Shown in pieces: positions 44,841-53,822 of a stretch of 64,000 nucleotides of DNA (position 1 is the first letter of the stretch; every line of letters begins with the position of its first letter). Both the position numbers and the translations under genes were made by a program. The notes below the pieces were generated by a model, which ran no database searches, had not been told where the DNA came from, and saw nothing but the letters and a program-made list of their open reading frames with translations. The stretch is from Nitrospirota bacterium. Its GTDB lineage: Bacteria; Nitrospirota; UBA9217. The stretch covers positions 1,056,001-1,120,000 of the forward strand of contig CAWFSF010000006.1 of NCBI GenBank assembly GCA_963818475.1. Reading direction: 5' to 3'.

Positions 44841-46139
44841 TCAGACGACCGTTTCAATTTCTGAGGCGTTCTCCGTCTCCCAATGAAGAGGTAAGGCAAT
44901 GAGCCCGATGCGCCTTTCAGCATAACTCAAATATGTTGATGGCCTTGATATAAGTTCTACATTGAAACAAAATATATCATCAAGAATCTGGCAATTCTGC
45001 TGGTTTATAATGCCTGCTCTGAGCGTTATGGTGTAAAAGCCTGATTTAAGAAGAGGGGTTGGAAAATTAATTCTATTATTATATATTCCACGCTCCCGCA
45101 CCTCCAATCTATCGGGGTTGCTATCTGTATCAAACGAAATAAATAGAGTTGTACCATTCCGTTTAAGTTCCAAACTTAACAGCAAATTATCCATCTCCGT
45201 ATTAACAACATACGCAAACTCGAAGGTTATTTTATCAAATACATCAAAATGGCTGCGCGCTTTGCCGTCCTGCCCGATAATCCTGCCCCTTATAATCTGG
45301 ATAGGCATACGGGGGTCGGCAGGGACTTGGAAAGAAGTCCGCTCTTCTCCAGAAGAAAAGGTATTGAGATAGTTGTCAATGACCTCCCCAGTGTCACCAT
45401 TGACGGCTACCATCCCCTTATCTAGTAATATAGCTTTCCTGCACAGCGCTCTGATCATATCCATCTGATGGCTCACAAACAATACCGTGCGCCCTTGTTT
45501 CCCCACTTGCTCCATTTTCCCCAAACATTTTTTCTGAAATTGCGCGTCACCAACGGCCAATACTTCATCTATGATCAAAACCTCCGGCTCAAGGTGAGCT
45601 GCCACGGCGAAGGCCAAACGCACATACATTCCTGACGAATAACGTTTTACCGGTGTATCCAGGAACTTCTCTATTTCCGCAAAATCCACAATCTCATCAA
45701 ATTTTTTTTTAATCTCCGCACGGCTCATCCCAAGAATAGCGCCGTTAAGAAATATATTTTCCCGCCCGGTCAATTCAGGATGAAAGCCGGTACCAACCTC
45801 CAGCAGACTTGCAACCCTCCCCTTTATTCTTACGCTGCCGGTCGTCGGCTCGGTGATGCGGCTGAGGATTTTCAGGAGCGTTGACTTACCTGCACCATTG
45901 CGGCCGATGATGCCGATCCGGTCTCCCTGCTTCACCTCAAAAGAGACATCTTTAAGCGCCCAGAACTCTTCCTGCTTCGAGTCAGCTCCTGACAATGGCC
46001 GTTTCCCAAGCAATCTTCCGCCGAGGCTTTTCATGCCTTCACTGAGAACATCACGAAGAGCCACATACGTATGCCGGCCCTTTTGATGTTGTAAAGTATA
46101 TTTTTTACCAAGATTTTCTACAGTAATAACGGAAGACAT
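44841..46139 (-). CDS. wzt: Glycan ABC exporter ATPase with C-terminal carbohydrate-binding module (Wzt, XapH position)
   Basis: FWALKDVSF, GRNGAGKST, YSSGMYVRLAF, DEVLAVGD, plus an extra C-terminal domain of about 150 aa. Confidence 0.95.
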   Translation of the reverse strand: MSSVITVENLGKKYTLQHQKGRHTYVALRDVLSEGMKSLGGRLLGKRPLSGADSKQEEFWALKDVSFEVKQGDRIGIIGRNGAGKSTLLKILSRITEPTTGSVRIKGRVASLLEVGTGFHPELTGRENIFLNGAILGMSRAEIKKKFDEIVDFAEIEKFLDTPVKRYSSGMYVRLAFAVAAHLEPEVLIIDEVLAVGDAQFQKKCLGKMEQVGKQGRTVLFVSHQMDMIRALCRKAILLDKGMVAVNGDTGEVIDNYLNTFSSGEERTSFQVPADPRMPIQIIRGRIIGQDGKARSHFDVFDKITFEFAYVVNTEMDNLLLSLELKRNGTTLFISFDTDSNPDRLEVRERGIYNNRINFPTPLLKSGFYTITLRAGIINQQNCQILDDIFCFNVELISRPSTYLSYAERRIGLIALPLHWETENASEIETVV

Positions 46140-46143
46140 ACAG

Positions 46144-46971
46144 TCACACCACATCCGCAAAAGAACGTTCCATGCTTCTAAAATAGAACACACCGCCAAT
46201 GAAGATCAGCATCATCAACGACATTGAAATCAATATACCCGGCCAATATACTGGAAAAGCATCACCCAGGATCGCCCACCGAAATCCGTCTATTACCCCT
46301 GCCATGGGGTTTAAAAAGTAAAACGGCCGCCACTGTACAGGAACGATGGCACTGGTAAATCCCACCGGGGAGATATAGAGGCCAAACTGGACCATGAACG
46401 GGACGACATAGCGAAAATCACGGTATTTGACGTTAAGTGCCGAAAGCCATAATCCAGCGCCAAATGCCGTCAACAGCGTCATTAAGAGAAAGCAGGGAAG
46501 CAAGAGCATTCTGATTCCCGGAATGAAATGATACCAGGCCATCATGCCGAATAACATGACGAATGATATAAAAAAATCTACCAAGTTGACGATAACAGAG
46601 CCGGCGGGCACGATCATTCTTGGGAAATAGACCTTGGTCAGCAGGTTCGCATTATTAATGAGAGAATTACTGCTTTCACTGAGAGAATTGGTAAACAATT
46701 GCCACGGCAACAAGGCTGCGAATACCATAACGGGGTAAGGAACGCCGTTCGAAGGCAGATTCGCCAGTCTTCCGAACACAATTGTCAAGACCAGCATGGT
46801 CAGGAGTGGTCGCAAAATGCTCCAGGCAATGCCGATTACCGTCTGTTTATAGCGAACCAGGATATCTCGCCATGCCAGGAAAAAGAACAGTTCACGATAG
46901 CGCCAGATATCCCTCCAGTAATGAAGAGCGCTCATGCCCGGCCGGATTATGATCTCAGGCAGTTCATCCAT
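46144..46971 (-). CDS. wzm: Glycan ABC exporter permease (Wzm, XapG position)
   Basis: RDILVRYKQT..G..W, KVYFPR, YRDFRY, NPM.GVI.GFR. Confidence 0.95.
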   Translation of the reverse strand: MDELPEIIIRPGMSALHYWRDIWRYRELFFFLAWRDILVRYKQTVIGIAWSILRPLLTMLVLTIVFGRLANLPSNGVPYPVMVFAALLPWQLFTNSLSESSNSLINNANLLTKVYFPRMIVPAGSVIVNLVDFFISFVMLFGMMAWYHFIPGIRMLLLPCFLLMTLLTAFGAGLWLSALNVKYRDFRYVVPFMVQFGLYISPVGFTSAIVPVQWRPFYFLNPMAGVIDGFRWAILGDAFPVYWPGILISMSLMMLIFIGGVFYFRSMERSFADVV

Positions 46972-47876
46972 TAACTATACCTGAACCCTTCTTTCTTGAA
47001 CGGCGAAAGGACAACTCCGGCGAGGAATCCTATTCCGAACCTGCCCATCTCACGAAACTTTCTTATCGGGATAAGATAGAGCGGAGCATGACGAGCGCAG
47101 TTAATGATCAGCATTATCCATAGCGCGAGTGGATACCTACTCCTCAAGCGGTAAAATGAGTTACCTACGGCTTTTGGTTTATGAAAAGTTGGCATTATCA
47201 ACGGGGGGTGAAAGTATGTCAATAGTGGGGAAGGCAGAGACGACTTCCCTGCCAGCAAAAATCGAATAAAGAACTCAACATCTTCCTGCCCGATGATGGA
47301 CGAAATGAATCCTCCGAGATCACTGAGAGTCTGTCGTCGATATGCCATGCATCTGTTCGCCGGGAAATAAGAATCGAGATAACTGTATTTCCCTTTCAGG
47401 AGACAATAGCTGGCGTTCCCCAATGGAATAATCCCATCAACGTAATTGGATTTAAACTCTCTTTCCAACGTTGAAAGGAAGTTGGCCTGTAAAATGACCG
47501 TATCGTCATCAAGAAACAGAACATACTTACCCGTTGCTTTTAAAAGGCCTACGTTCCTCGAATACCCCATCATCCCGTAGTTTTCTGATAGAGCGTGATA
47601 TTTGACATTTAAGACACGGCTATACCGTTCAGCGACCTCTCTTCCTCGCTCCGTTCCTCCCCTGTCTTCTACCAGGATCACTTCAAAGCCGCTCTGAGGC
47701 ATATCCTGCCCAGCTAAGCTGCTCAAAATACCTTCAAGCAAATCGATCCTTCCGTAAAAATTGATAATGCAGGACACATCACAGCCATCATCTGCACTGA
47801 ACTCGCCGGCGTCGCCTTTCAGCGAAAAGGGGAATAACGCGTAGGCCCAAATAAGGATTTTTTTTCGAAAAGTCAT
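46971..47876 (-). CDS. GT2 glycosyltransferase (XapF position)
   Basis: FEVILVED, SRN.G, FLDDD, GGF...IGQEDVEF. Confidence 0.85.
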   Translation of the reverse strand: MTFRKKILIWAYALFPFSLKGDAGEFSADDGCDVSCIINFYGRIDLLEGILSSLAGQDMPQSGFEVILVEDRGGTERGREVAERYSRVLNVKYHALSENYGMMGYSRNVGLLKATGKYVLFLDDDTVILQANFLSTLEREFKSNYVDGIIPLGNASYCLLKGKYSYLDSYFPANRCMAYRRQTLSDLGGFISSIIGQEDVEFFIRFLLAGKSSLPSPLLTYFHPPLIMPTFHKPKAVGNSFYRLRSRYPLALWIMLIINCARHAPLYLIPIRKFREMGRFGIGFLAGVVLSPFKKEGFRYS

Positions 47877-47932
47877 ATGCCAGTATGCAGTAATTTAACT
47901 GCTCAAGATGTGTACTTCTCCACTTCATTCTT

Positions 47933-48790
47933 CTATTTATAGAGGATCATCCCGGTCATCGCAACCCAGGTGATTCCGGTTACCAGAATATGCTTATCAT
48001 GCAAGAGAACGTCTGTTGGATCGCCTCTGCCCCCTTTCACGATAAAAATATATCTAAGCAGACCATAAGCAGCAACAGGAACAGTATAAAGCATTGGATC
48101 ACGATTTTCAATAATATAGAGAGCATACGTGACAAGAGCGCAAGATGCCATCGACCAGAGCACTCCTTCGAGAAAAGTCAAAGAATAGCGATTCAAGCTG
48201 AGTCTCTGTTTTGCCGCATCTACCTCCAGTGATATGAGCTCGCTCAGCCTTTTACCGGCAGCAAGGAACAGGGCGACGATAAAGACCGTAAGAAAGAGCC
48301 ATTTCGTGACACTGACATGGGAGGCCTCACCACCTGCCAAAACTCTTATCAAAAAACCAAAAGACACAATAAAAATGTCGGCAATGACAATATGCTTGAA
48401 ATAAATCGTATAGCCGAACGTAAGCAGGGTATAAATGATGACTGATCCTTCGAAGCGTTCGGAAACCGAGGCCGATAACAGCATGGACATTAGATAAAGA
48501 AGAGCTGCAAGCAAGCCCGCTACAGGCAGGGAAACGTCACCCCGTGCAATGGCCCGGTCCTTTTTATCCGGATGTTGCCTGTCTGCCTCCCGGTCCGCAA
48601 TGTCATTAATGATGTAGCAGCAACTCGCCGCGCAGGAAAAAGACAGGAACGCCGGTATCAGCGCCGAGACCGAGGCCGGTTCCAGGATCTTCCCACCAAA
48701 AAAAGAGGGGAAGAGTAAAAGCAAATTCTTCAACCATTGATGAGGTCTGAGAATCGACAGATATTTATTTATTATTTTTAATACGTTCAT
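47933..48790 (-). CDS. UbiA-family polyprenyl-phosphate phosphoribosyltransferase (XapE position)
   Basis: LRPHQWLKN, YIIND..D...DR.HP.K..R.IA.G, K...I.D, GF..RV.AG, GKR..E. Confidence 0.88.
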   Translation of the reverse strand: MNVLKIINKYLSILRPHQWLKNLLLLFPSFFGGKILEPASVSALIPAFLSFSCAASCCYIINDIADREADRQHPDKKDRAIARGDVSLPVAGLLAALLYLMSMLLSASVSERFEGSVIIYTLLTFGYTIYFKHIVIADIFIVSFGFLIRVLAGGEASHVSVTKWLFLTVFIVALFLAAGKRLSELISLEVDAAKQRLSLNRYSLTFLEGVLWSMASCALVTYALYIIENRDPMLYTVPVAAYGLLRYIFIVKGGRGDPTDVLLHDKHILVTGITWVAMTGMILYK

Positions 48791-50540
48791 GTTTTTCGTT
48801 GGCAGCGAACCGGGTAATTTGTTTTCTGACGCGCAGCTTATTGGGGTCCTCCGGTCGCATGCTGTCAAATGTTTTGCGGTAAAAAGAAAGTGCTTTCTGG
48901 CTTTGGCCCAAAGACGCAGCGTCGTTGCCGATTTTAAACAGCAGGTACGGATCGTGAGTAAGGTCGTATAACTTTATGTTATACGATAGTGCATTTTCCC
49001 CGAATTTGTGTCTCTCATGAGCGTCCGAACTTTCATCCTTTTTGAATTCATACAAGGATGCCAACTTCCGTAAAGCTTCGATTGAATGCCTTTTTTTTTC
49101 AAGCACAGATGTATAGAGAGCAATAGATTCATCGATCCTGCCTTGTTTGGCTGCAATAAAGGCCCTCTTCGTATCATACGTTTCATCATAAACGCCAATA
49201 AGGGGAAAGGAGCTTCCCTCCTTTAACTGCACCAAAGCCTCGTCATATTCACCTCTTCCGATAAGCATTGACGCATACACAGAGCGCATAGCTCTTGAAT
49301 GCGGTGATTTATCGACAGTATCCTTGACTAAAAGAAAATCGTTTTGCCACACAATGCTTCTACTAAGAGTCGTTGCGAACATTACCCCGACTATGACTGA
49401 AAAAGCGACTGTCATCCCCATGATGCTGAGACCCATCAACCTCCTGCCCATATACATGCCAGCGGCTGTGATAATAAAAGCTGACGATATATATATATAT
49501 CGTTCAGCGTAAGGCGTCCATGCTATTTGGCCGAATGCTAAAAGATATGCAGGCACGGTAAGAAATATGCCGGTAATGAAAAAAGCTGATATGGTCGTTC
49601 GACGGAGTGCGATATACCCGCACAATGCTACCAGAGGAACGGCAAGTATCTGGTACAGAGGGTCAACCTCCATAATGGCTAAATTGAGAGGTACGGGCAT
49701 GACAAGTTTTTTCATATAAAAACCAAGGGCACGCAGGCAGACGAACATGCTGTGAATCCAGTCAACAGTAATGAATCTAATTGTCATGCCGATTCTGCTT
49801 GAGTTACTGGTAAAAGCCGCTGACCGGAAAATAAAAAACATAAATACTACCGCCATAACACCGACCATGACCAAATTGTTTTTCGAACGAAGATTCCAAC
49901 GGGACGATTTCATTTCTTGACAACCCGTTCTGTCCTCTTGGTCATGAGAGCTGATCAGAAAAAAAGCGCCTGGTAAAAACGCAAGAGCTGTTTCTTTGGA
50001 AAGAACCGCGCAAAAAAAAGCACCTAACGATACAGCGAGGTGCTTTTTGCTGTTATGTTCCTTATATCGTAAGAGGAAAAGCGCGCTCAGCAAGACAAAC
50101 GCTCCGGCCAGCAGATCGAATCTTCCTGAAATCCAATTTACTGATTCGGAGTTGACCGGATGCAAACCGAACAATAACGCGGTCATAAGAGGAAAGGGTG
50201 ACTTGCTGCGATCCGACGAGGATACAAGATGCAGCGTCAGCATATACACAAGAACGGCATTGGTTATGTGGATTAGAATATTTTCCAGATGCATCAGGCC
50301 GGGCTGAAGGCCGAGCAGATATTTATCAATACGAAAACTGATGTCTACTAGGGGACGGTAATAGCCGCCACCGCCATGAGACGGGAAAAAAACTGACCAC
50401 AAGTTCCAGCCACTCGACTGTTCGAGTCTCGTGAACAACGAATAATCGTCGATCTTGGAAACGCCGGCCAGGACGGCGGGATAATATACGGCCAGCACGA
50501 CGGTAATCAGGAGCAGTATTTGATACCGTCTGGTCAGCAT
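48765..50540 (-). CDS. GT-C fold, TMTC-like membrane glycosyltransferase with C-terminal TPRs
   Basis: DD in the first loop, YYRPL, LFGLHP...ESV.WISGR.D.L, LSKE.A, AERY.Y, R..VW.ND; about 11 TMs; TPR tail. Confidence 0.82.
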   Translation of the reverse strand: MLTRRYQILLLITVVLAVYYPAVLAGVSKIDDYSLFTRLEQSSGWNLWSVFFPSHGGGGYYRPLVDISFRIDKYLLGLQPGLMHLENILIHITNAVLVYMLTLHLVSSSDRSKSPFPLMTALLFGLHPVNSESVNWISGRFDLLAGAFVLLSALFLLRYKEHNSKKHLAVSLGAFFCAVLSKETALAFLPGAFFLISSHDQEDRTGCQEMKSSRWNLRSKNNLVMVGVMAVVFMFFIFRSAAFTSNSSRIGMTIRFITVDWIHSMFVCLRALGFYMKKLVMPVPLNLAIMEVDPLYQILAVPLVALCGYIALRRTTISAFFITGIFLTVPAYLLAFGQIAWTPYAERYIYISSAFIITAAGMYMGRRLMGLSIMGMTVAFSVIVGVMFATTLSRSIVWQNDFLLVKDTVDKSPHSRAMRSVYASMLIGRGEYDEALVQLKEGSSFPLIGVYDETYDTKRAFIAAKQGRIDESIALYTSVLEKKRHSIEALRKLASLYEFKKDESSDAHERHKFGENALSYNIKLYDLTHDPYLLFKIGNDAASLGQSQKALSFYRKTFDSMRPEDPNKLRVRKQITRFAANEKHERIKNNK

Positions 50541-51409
50541 TCATTTCCTTTAACAATATCCAGAAAAAACGACTCCAGGTCTTTTCGTTTCGGTTCGATG
50601 AAAACGATCTCACTTCGTGAATCAAGGATTTCTTTCATGAACTTCGGCAGATCGTCCTTCGGCACGTAACGATCAAACTGAAGCCCCGGCTCATTTCCTT
50701 GAAAACGCACTTGATACCCCATCAGTCCCTCGGCCATAATGGAGTCAATCCGTTTCACGTCGCGCAGGGAGCCTTGCAGGACGATCCCCACCCGGTCGCA
50801 GACCGCTTCCACGTCCGACGTGATATGGGTGCTGAAGAAAACGCATTTGCCTTTTGCCCGGAGATCGAGGATGATCTTCTTGATGAGCGCCCGGCCCAGA
50901 GGGTCAAGCCCGCTCATCGGCTCATCCAGAACGTACACGTCCGGGTCATGGATCAAAGCTTGAGCAAGACCGAGCCTTTGCACCATTCCCTTGCTGTACC
51001 CGCGGAGAGCGCGATCCCGGGCGTCCCACAGCTCCAGGAGCTTCAGCAATTCTTCAATTTTTTCACCCACCTGCCCTTTATTCATGCCGAATGTTCTGGC
51101 GACGAACAATAAATACTCACTGGCCGTCAAGTAGTCATAGTAGGCGGGGTTTTCCGGCAGGTAACCCACCTGTTTTCTTCCAAGATGCGATCCCGCATCA
51201 TGCCCCATGATCCTCGCCTGTCCCGCTGACGGCCTGATCAACCCCATCAAGATCTTGATGGTTGTTGTCTTCCCGGCACCGTTTGGACCCAGAAAGCCGA
51301 ACACTTCCCCTCGATCCACGGTAAGCGAGAGGCCCTTTAACGCATTGACTTTATTTCCCCTCTTCCCGGGGAACGTCTTCTCTATTTCCACAATTTCGAT
51401 CGCGTTCAC
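50534..51409 (-). CDS. ABC transporter ATP-binding protein (XapD/PilH-like)
   Basis: GPNGAGKTT, YSKGMVQR, LDEPMSGLDP, STH. Confidence 0.93.
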   Translation of the reverse strand: MNAIEIVEIEKTFPGKRGNKVNALKGLSLTVDRGEVFGFLGPNGAGKTTTIKILMGLIRPSAGQARIMGHDAGSHLGRKQVGYLPENPAYYDYLTASEYLLFVARTFGMNKGQVGEKIEELLKLLELWDARDRALRGYSKGMVQRLGLAQALIHDPDVYVLDEPMSGLDPLGRALIKKIILDLRAKGKCVFFSTHITSDVEAVCDRVGIVLQGSLRDVKRIDSIMAEGLMGYQVRFQGNEPGLQFDRYVPKDDLPKFMKEILDSRSEIVFIEPKRKDLESFFLDIVKGNEC

Positions 51410-51444
51410 AGGTTTATCACCTCACCTACAACAGGAAAAAAAAT

Positions 51445-52302
51445 TCATTTACCATTTTTATTCGCAACGTTGAAAGCGAATTTACTCGTGCTGCGCACTT
51501 TGCCCGTTGAATCAATATAAAACTTACCGCCGTAAGGGTCAACAGGAAATTCCTTGAGATATCCTTTCTGAACAAGTTCTTCCAATGACCGCGGATGCCG
51601 ATGATACTTGCCGGAAAAACGATCTGCTGCCCGCTCTATCGTTCTGACGCCCTGAAAGGCCAGCAAGCGGGTTTGCAAAGATTTTTTGACTGCTTCGTTC
51701 GAGGAGCTCTTCGCCATCAGGGAAAGATACGATATAGCCAGGTCTGTCCTTCCGGATTCATACATGTATCTGCCGGTCAGATTGATGATAAGATTGTCTC
51801 CCGTCAGATCGGCCACCCGCTTATAACACTCAGCCGCTTTCGCGTAATCCTTCAGAAAATAGGCATAGTTAAAGCCGGCAAAATACGGCAGGTAGAAATC
51901 CCATGTCCGGTACCGCATCCCGTACTCCAAAAGCCTATTGGTCGCCCTGACCTGCCTGGCATCCCATACCATGACCGCCTGGGCAAAATAATAGGCATCC
52001 ATATTGTAGGGGTCCAGTTGAACTGCTGATTCAATCATTTGCTGCATGGCGGGATATTCAGGTGGAAGAGAGACCTTGTTCGGTGCCTCCTCCACGAGGC
52101 TCCCGAAATAGGAGATCACCTTCATGAGCAGGGACGAGGCCATGAAACGGGAATGGTCGGCAGATAAAAGCCTGAGTACTCCGGGCTCGGGAGTATACCC
52201 GATCTTCTCCACGAACGGTTTGTTTTTCATGTAGTCAGTAAAGGAGGAAATAATGGCGAGATAGGACAATAGAAGGACCAGCAAAAGGGCGTATTTTCTC
52301 AT
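51445..52302 (-). CDS. Membrane-anchored TPR-like pilin accessory protein (XapA/XapC-like)
   Basis: N-terminal TM; LDPY..DAYY.A, GFNY.YFL.DY..AA; C-terminal P.SLEELV..GYL...P.DPYGG..Y. Confidence 0.7.
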   Translation of the reverse strand: MRKYALLLVLLLSYLAIISSFTDYMKNKPFVEKIGYTPEPGVLRLLSADHSRFMASSLLMKVISYFGSLVEEAPNKVSLPPEYPAMQQMIESAVQLDPYNMDAYYFAQAVMVWDARQVRATNRLLEYGMRYRTWDFYLPYFAGFNYAYFLKDYAKAAECYKRVADLTGDNLIINLTGRYMYESGRTDLAISYLSLMAKSSSNEAVKKSLQTRLLAFQGVRTIERAADRFSGKYHRHPRSLEELVQKGYLKEFPVDPYGGKFYIDSTGKVRSTSKFAFNVANKNGK

Positions 52303-53099
52303 TGCATCTCTCTTCGGGAAAAAATGATGGCGGAAATCGTCAACATACCAGCGGTATAGATAACGAAATACCCCGCCGTCAGCACAAGCCCGGAGCCTGA
52401 AAGTCCGAGCCCGTAGACCGCATTTGCCGTAAGATCGAAAGCGCTGAAGTTCGGAAGAATATAGTAGAGGCCGGCTGTGAGCTTCTTTACAAGGGGGGAA
52501 TATGCCTGGGCCGAAGGGGACCGGAGGAAGTCATATACCTGCTGCGTGGCGCTGCCTGCAAAAAAAACGGCAACGGTCCCGAAAATCGGCAGAAAGAACG
52601 AGGTGCTGACCGTGGACAGGAGGAACGAAACAGCGACCAGGAGAATATACTTGAGTGCAATGAACAAGACCGAAAAAAAGACATTTGTCCAGACAACAGG
52701 GCGCAGCGGCGGATAGATCAGGGAAACGTACCGGACCACGATGCAACCGACCGCCCCCAGCAGCGCAGCGGTGAGAAACAGATAGACCGCGATCCCGAAA
52801 AATTTCCCCAACAGATATGACGTCCTCGTTAGGGGAAGTCCCAGGACGCTATAAGTGTAACGCCGTTCCATGTCCTTCCAGAGGGAGCTTCCCCCCAGAA
52901 AAATGGAAAGGAGCAGCATGATGACCGATATCAAAGAGAGCGTCAAGGTAAGCGAAAGCTCAACGACCTGGCGCATGGAGAGCGAACTGACCGACGGGAC
53001 CAGGAGAAAAAAAAGAGCGCTCATCATGATCCCCTGGAACACGCGGTCCCGGAATATTCCTTTGACTGTTATGACTGTTATGGAAAGAAGCTGCTGCAT
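52299..53099 (-). CDS. ABC-2 permease (XapB/PilI-like)
   Basis: T.KG..RDR, D.E.R..Y..L..P..R..YL.GKF.G, YY.LPN...FD, F.RRE; six TMs. Confidence 0.85.
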   Translation of the reverse strand: MQQLLSITVITVKGIFRDRVFQGIMMSALFFLLVPSVSSLSMRQVVELSLTLTLSLISVIMLLLSIFLGGSSLWKDMERRYTYSVLGLPLTRTSYLLGKFFGIAVYLFLTAALLGAVGCIVVRYVSLIYPPLRPVVWTNVFFSVLFIALKYILLVAVSFLLSTVSTSFFLPIFGTVAVFFAGSATQQVYDFLRSPSAQAYSPLVKKLTAGLYYILPNFSAFDLTANAVYGLGLSGSGLVLTAGYFVIYTAGMLTISAIIFSRREMQ

Positions 53100-53133
53100 C
53101 CGTATGGGCCCCCTGCCGGCTTCCAAAAATCTG

Positions 53134-53168
53134 AAAAAGAAAGGGTTGATTTTCATCAACCCTTTCTT
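53134..53168 (-). terminator. Intrinsic terminator after the two pilin genes
   Basis: AAGAAAGGGTTGAT-GAAA-ATCAACCCTTTCTT perfect 14-bp stem followed by TTT on the minus strand. Confidence 0.85.
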
Positions 53169-53198
53169 AAATTGAGCAAGTTGTACTTACGAAAATGA

Positions 53199-53558
53199 TT
53201 ACTGTGACCAGGTGCCCCCTGTCACTGTCGGCATTGTATTCTCGTCTGCACACTCTGCGATTGCGCTTATACCTGCTGACGACGCGTATGAAATGGTCGC
53301 CGACTCACTGGTTGAAGCAAATTCTTTACCAGCGTCTTTCGTGAGAGCGCTGTTATGGACTGATGCCACGCAATACGAAACTGTGGAAGACTTTACCGAA
53401 ACATAAACGCCCGTGGACGGCGCAAAAATAGCGCCGCCGATAATCGTTGTTACTGCAGCTGTTTCTCCAACTCTTCCATTGAAAATTGCAGCGTGTGCGG
53501 GAACCGCCATGGCAACGAAAGCGATAGCGATGACTATGGCTAATATGCTTTTTTTCAT
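53199..53558 (-). CDS. Secreted Ser/Thr-rich PilA-C-like pilin partner
   Basis: Sec signal ending AHA; GG..F.PST.V.VS, Y.V, F.ST and terminal W.SQ recall Geobacter PilA-C; lies directly downstream of the short pilin. Confidence 0.8.
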   Translation of the reverse strand: MKKSILAIVIAIAFVAMAVPAHAAIFNGRVGETAAVTTIIGGAIFAPSTGVYVSVKSSTVSYCVASVHNSALTKDAGKEFASTSESATISYASSAGISAIAECADENTMPTVTGGTWSQ

Positions 53559-53618
53559 AATATTTTTTCCCCTTATATAGAAATTTGAATTAGTTGATTC
53601 ATGCCGATTGCCCAGCCA

Positions 53619-53822
53619 TTACATCGCGGGGTATGTCTGCGAGTCGGCCTGCTGCGCTTCCATCTGCGTCCTGAGATTCCTCAGATCACTCTCTGCTGCC
53701 GCATTGTATGCCTTAATGCGGTATGCTGCGAACTGCGGGATGGCGATGGCTGCCAGGATGGCGATAATGGCCACCACGATAAGGAGCTCGATAAGGGTGA
53801 AGCCTTTCTGGTTCTTTTTCAT
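53619..53822 (-). CDS. pilA: Short type IVa pilin (PilA-N; 60-aa mature)
   Basis: KG|FTLIELLIVVAII prepilin cleavage site with E5; IPQF..YR.KAYN.AA.SDLRNL.T..E...AD.QTYP; SD GGAGG. Confidence 0.96.
   Translation of the reverse strand: MKKNQKGFTLIELLIVVAIIAILAAIAIPQFAAYRIKAYNAAAESDLRNLRTQMEAQQADSQTYPAM

Noticed and set aside
53559-53621. Split pilin as another frameshift artefact
   Set aside because: The genes are separated by a 60-bp spacer, PilA-C has its own SD and complete signal peptide, and PilA-N ends where Geobacter PilA-N ends.
53199-53822. Claim that the organism makes conductive e-pili
   Set aside because: Not supportable from sequence: aromatic content is 8.3% with none at 50/51, no multiheme cytochrome is in the window, and the conductive role of PilA is itself disputed.
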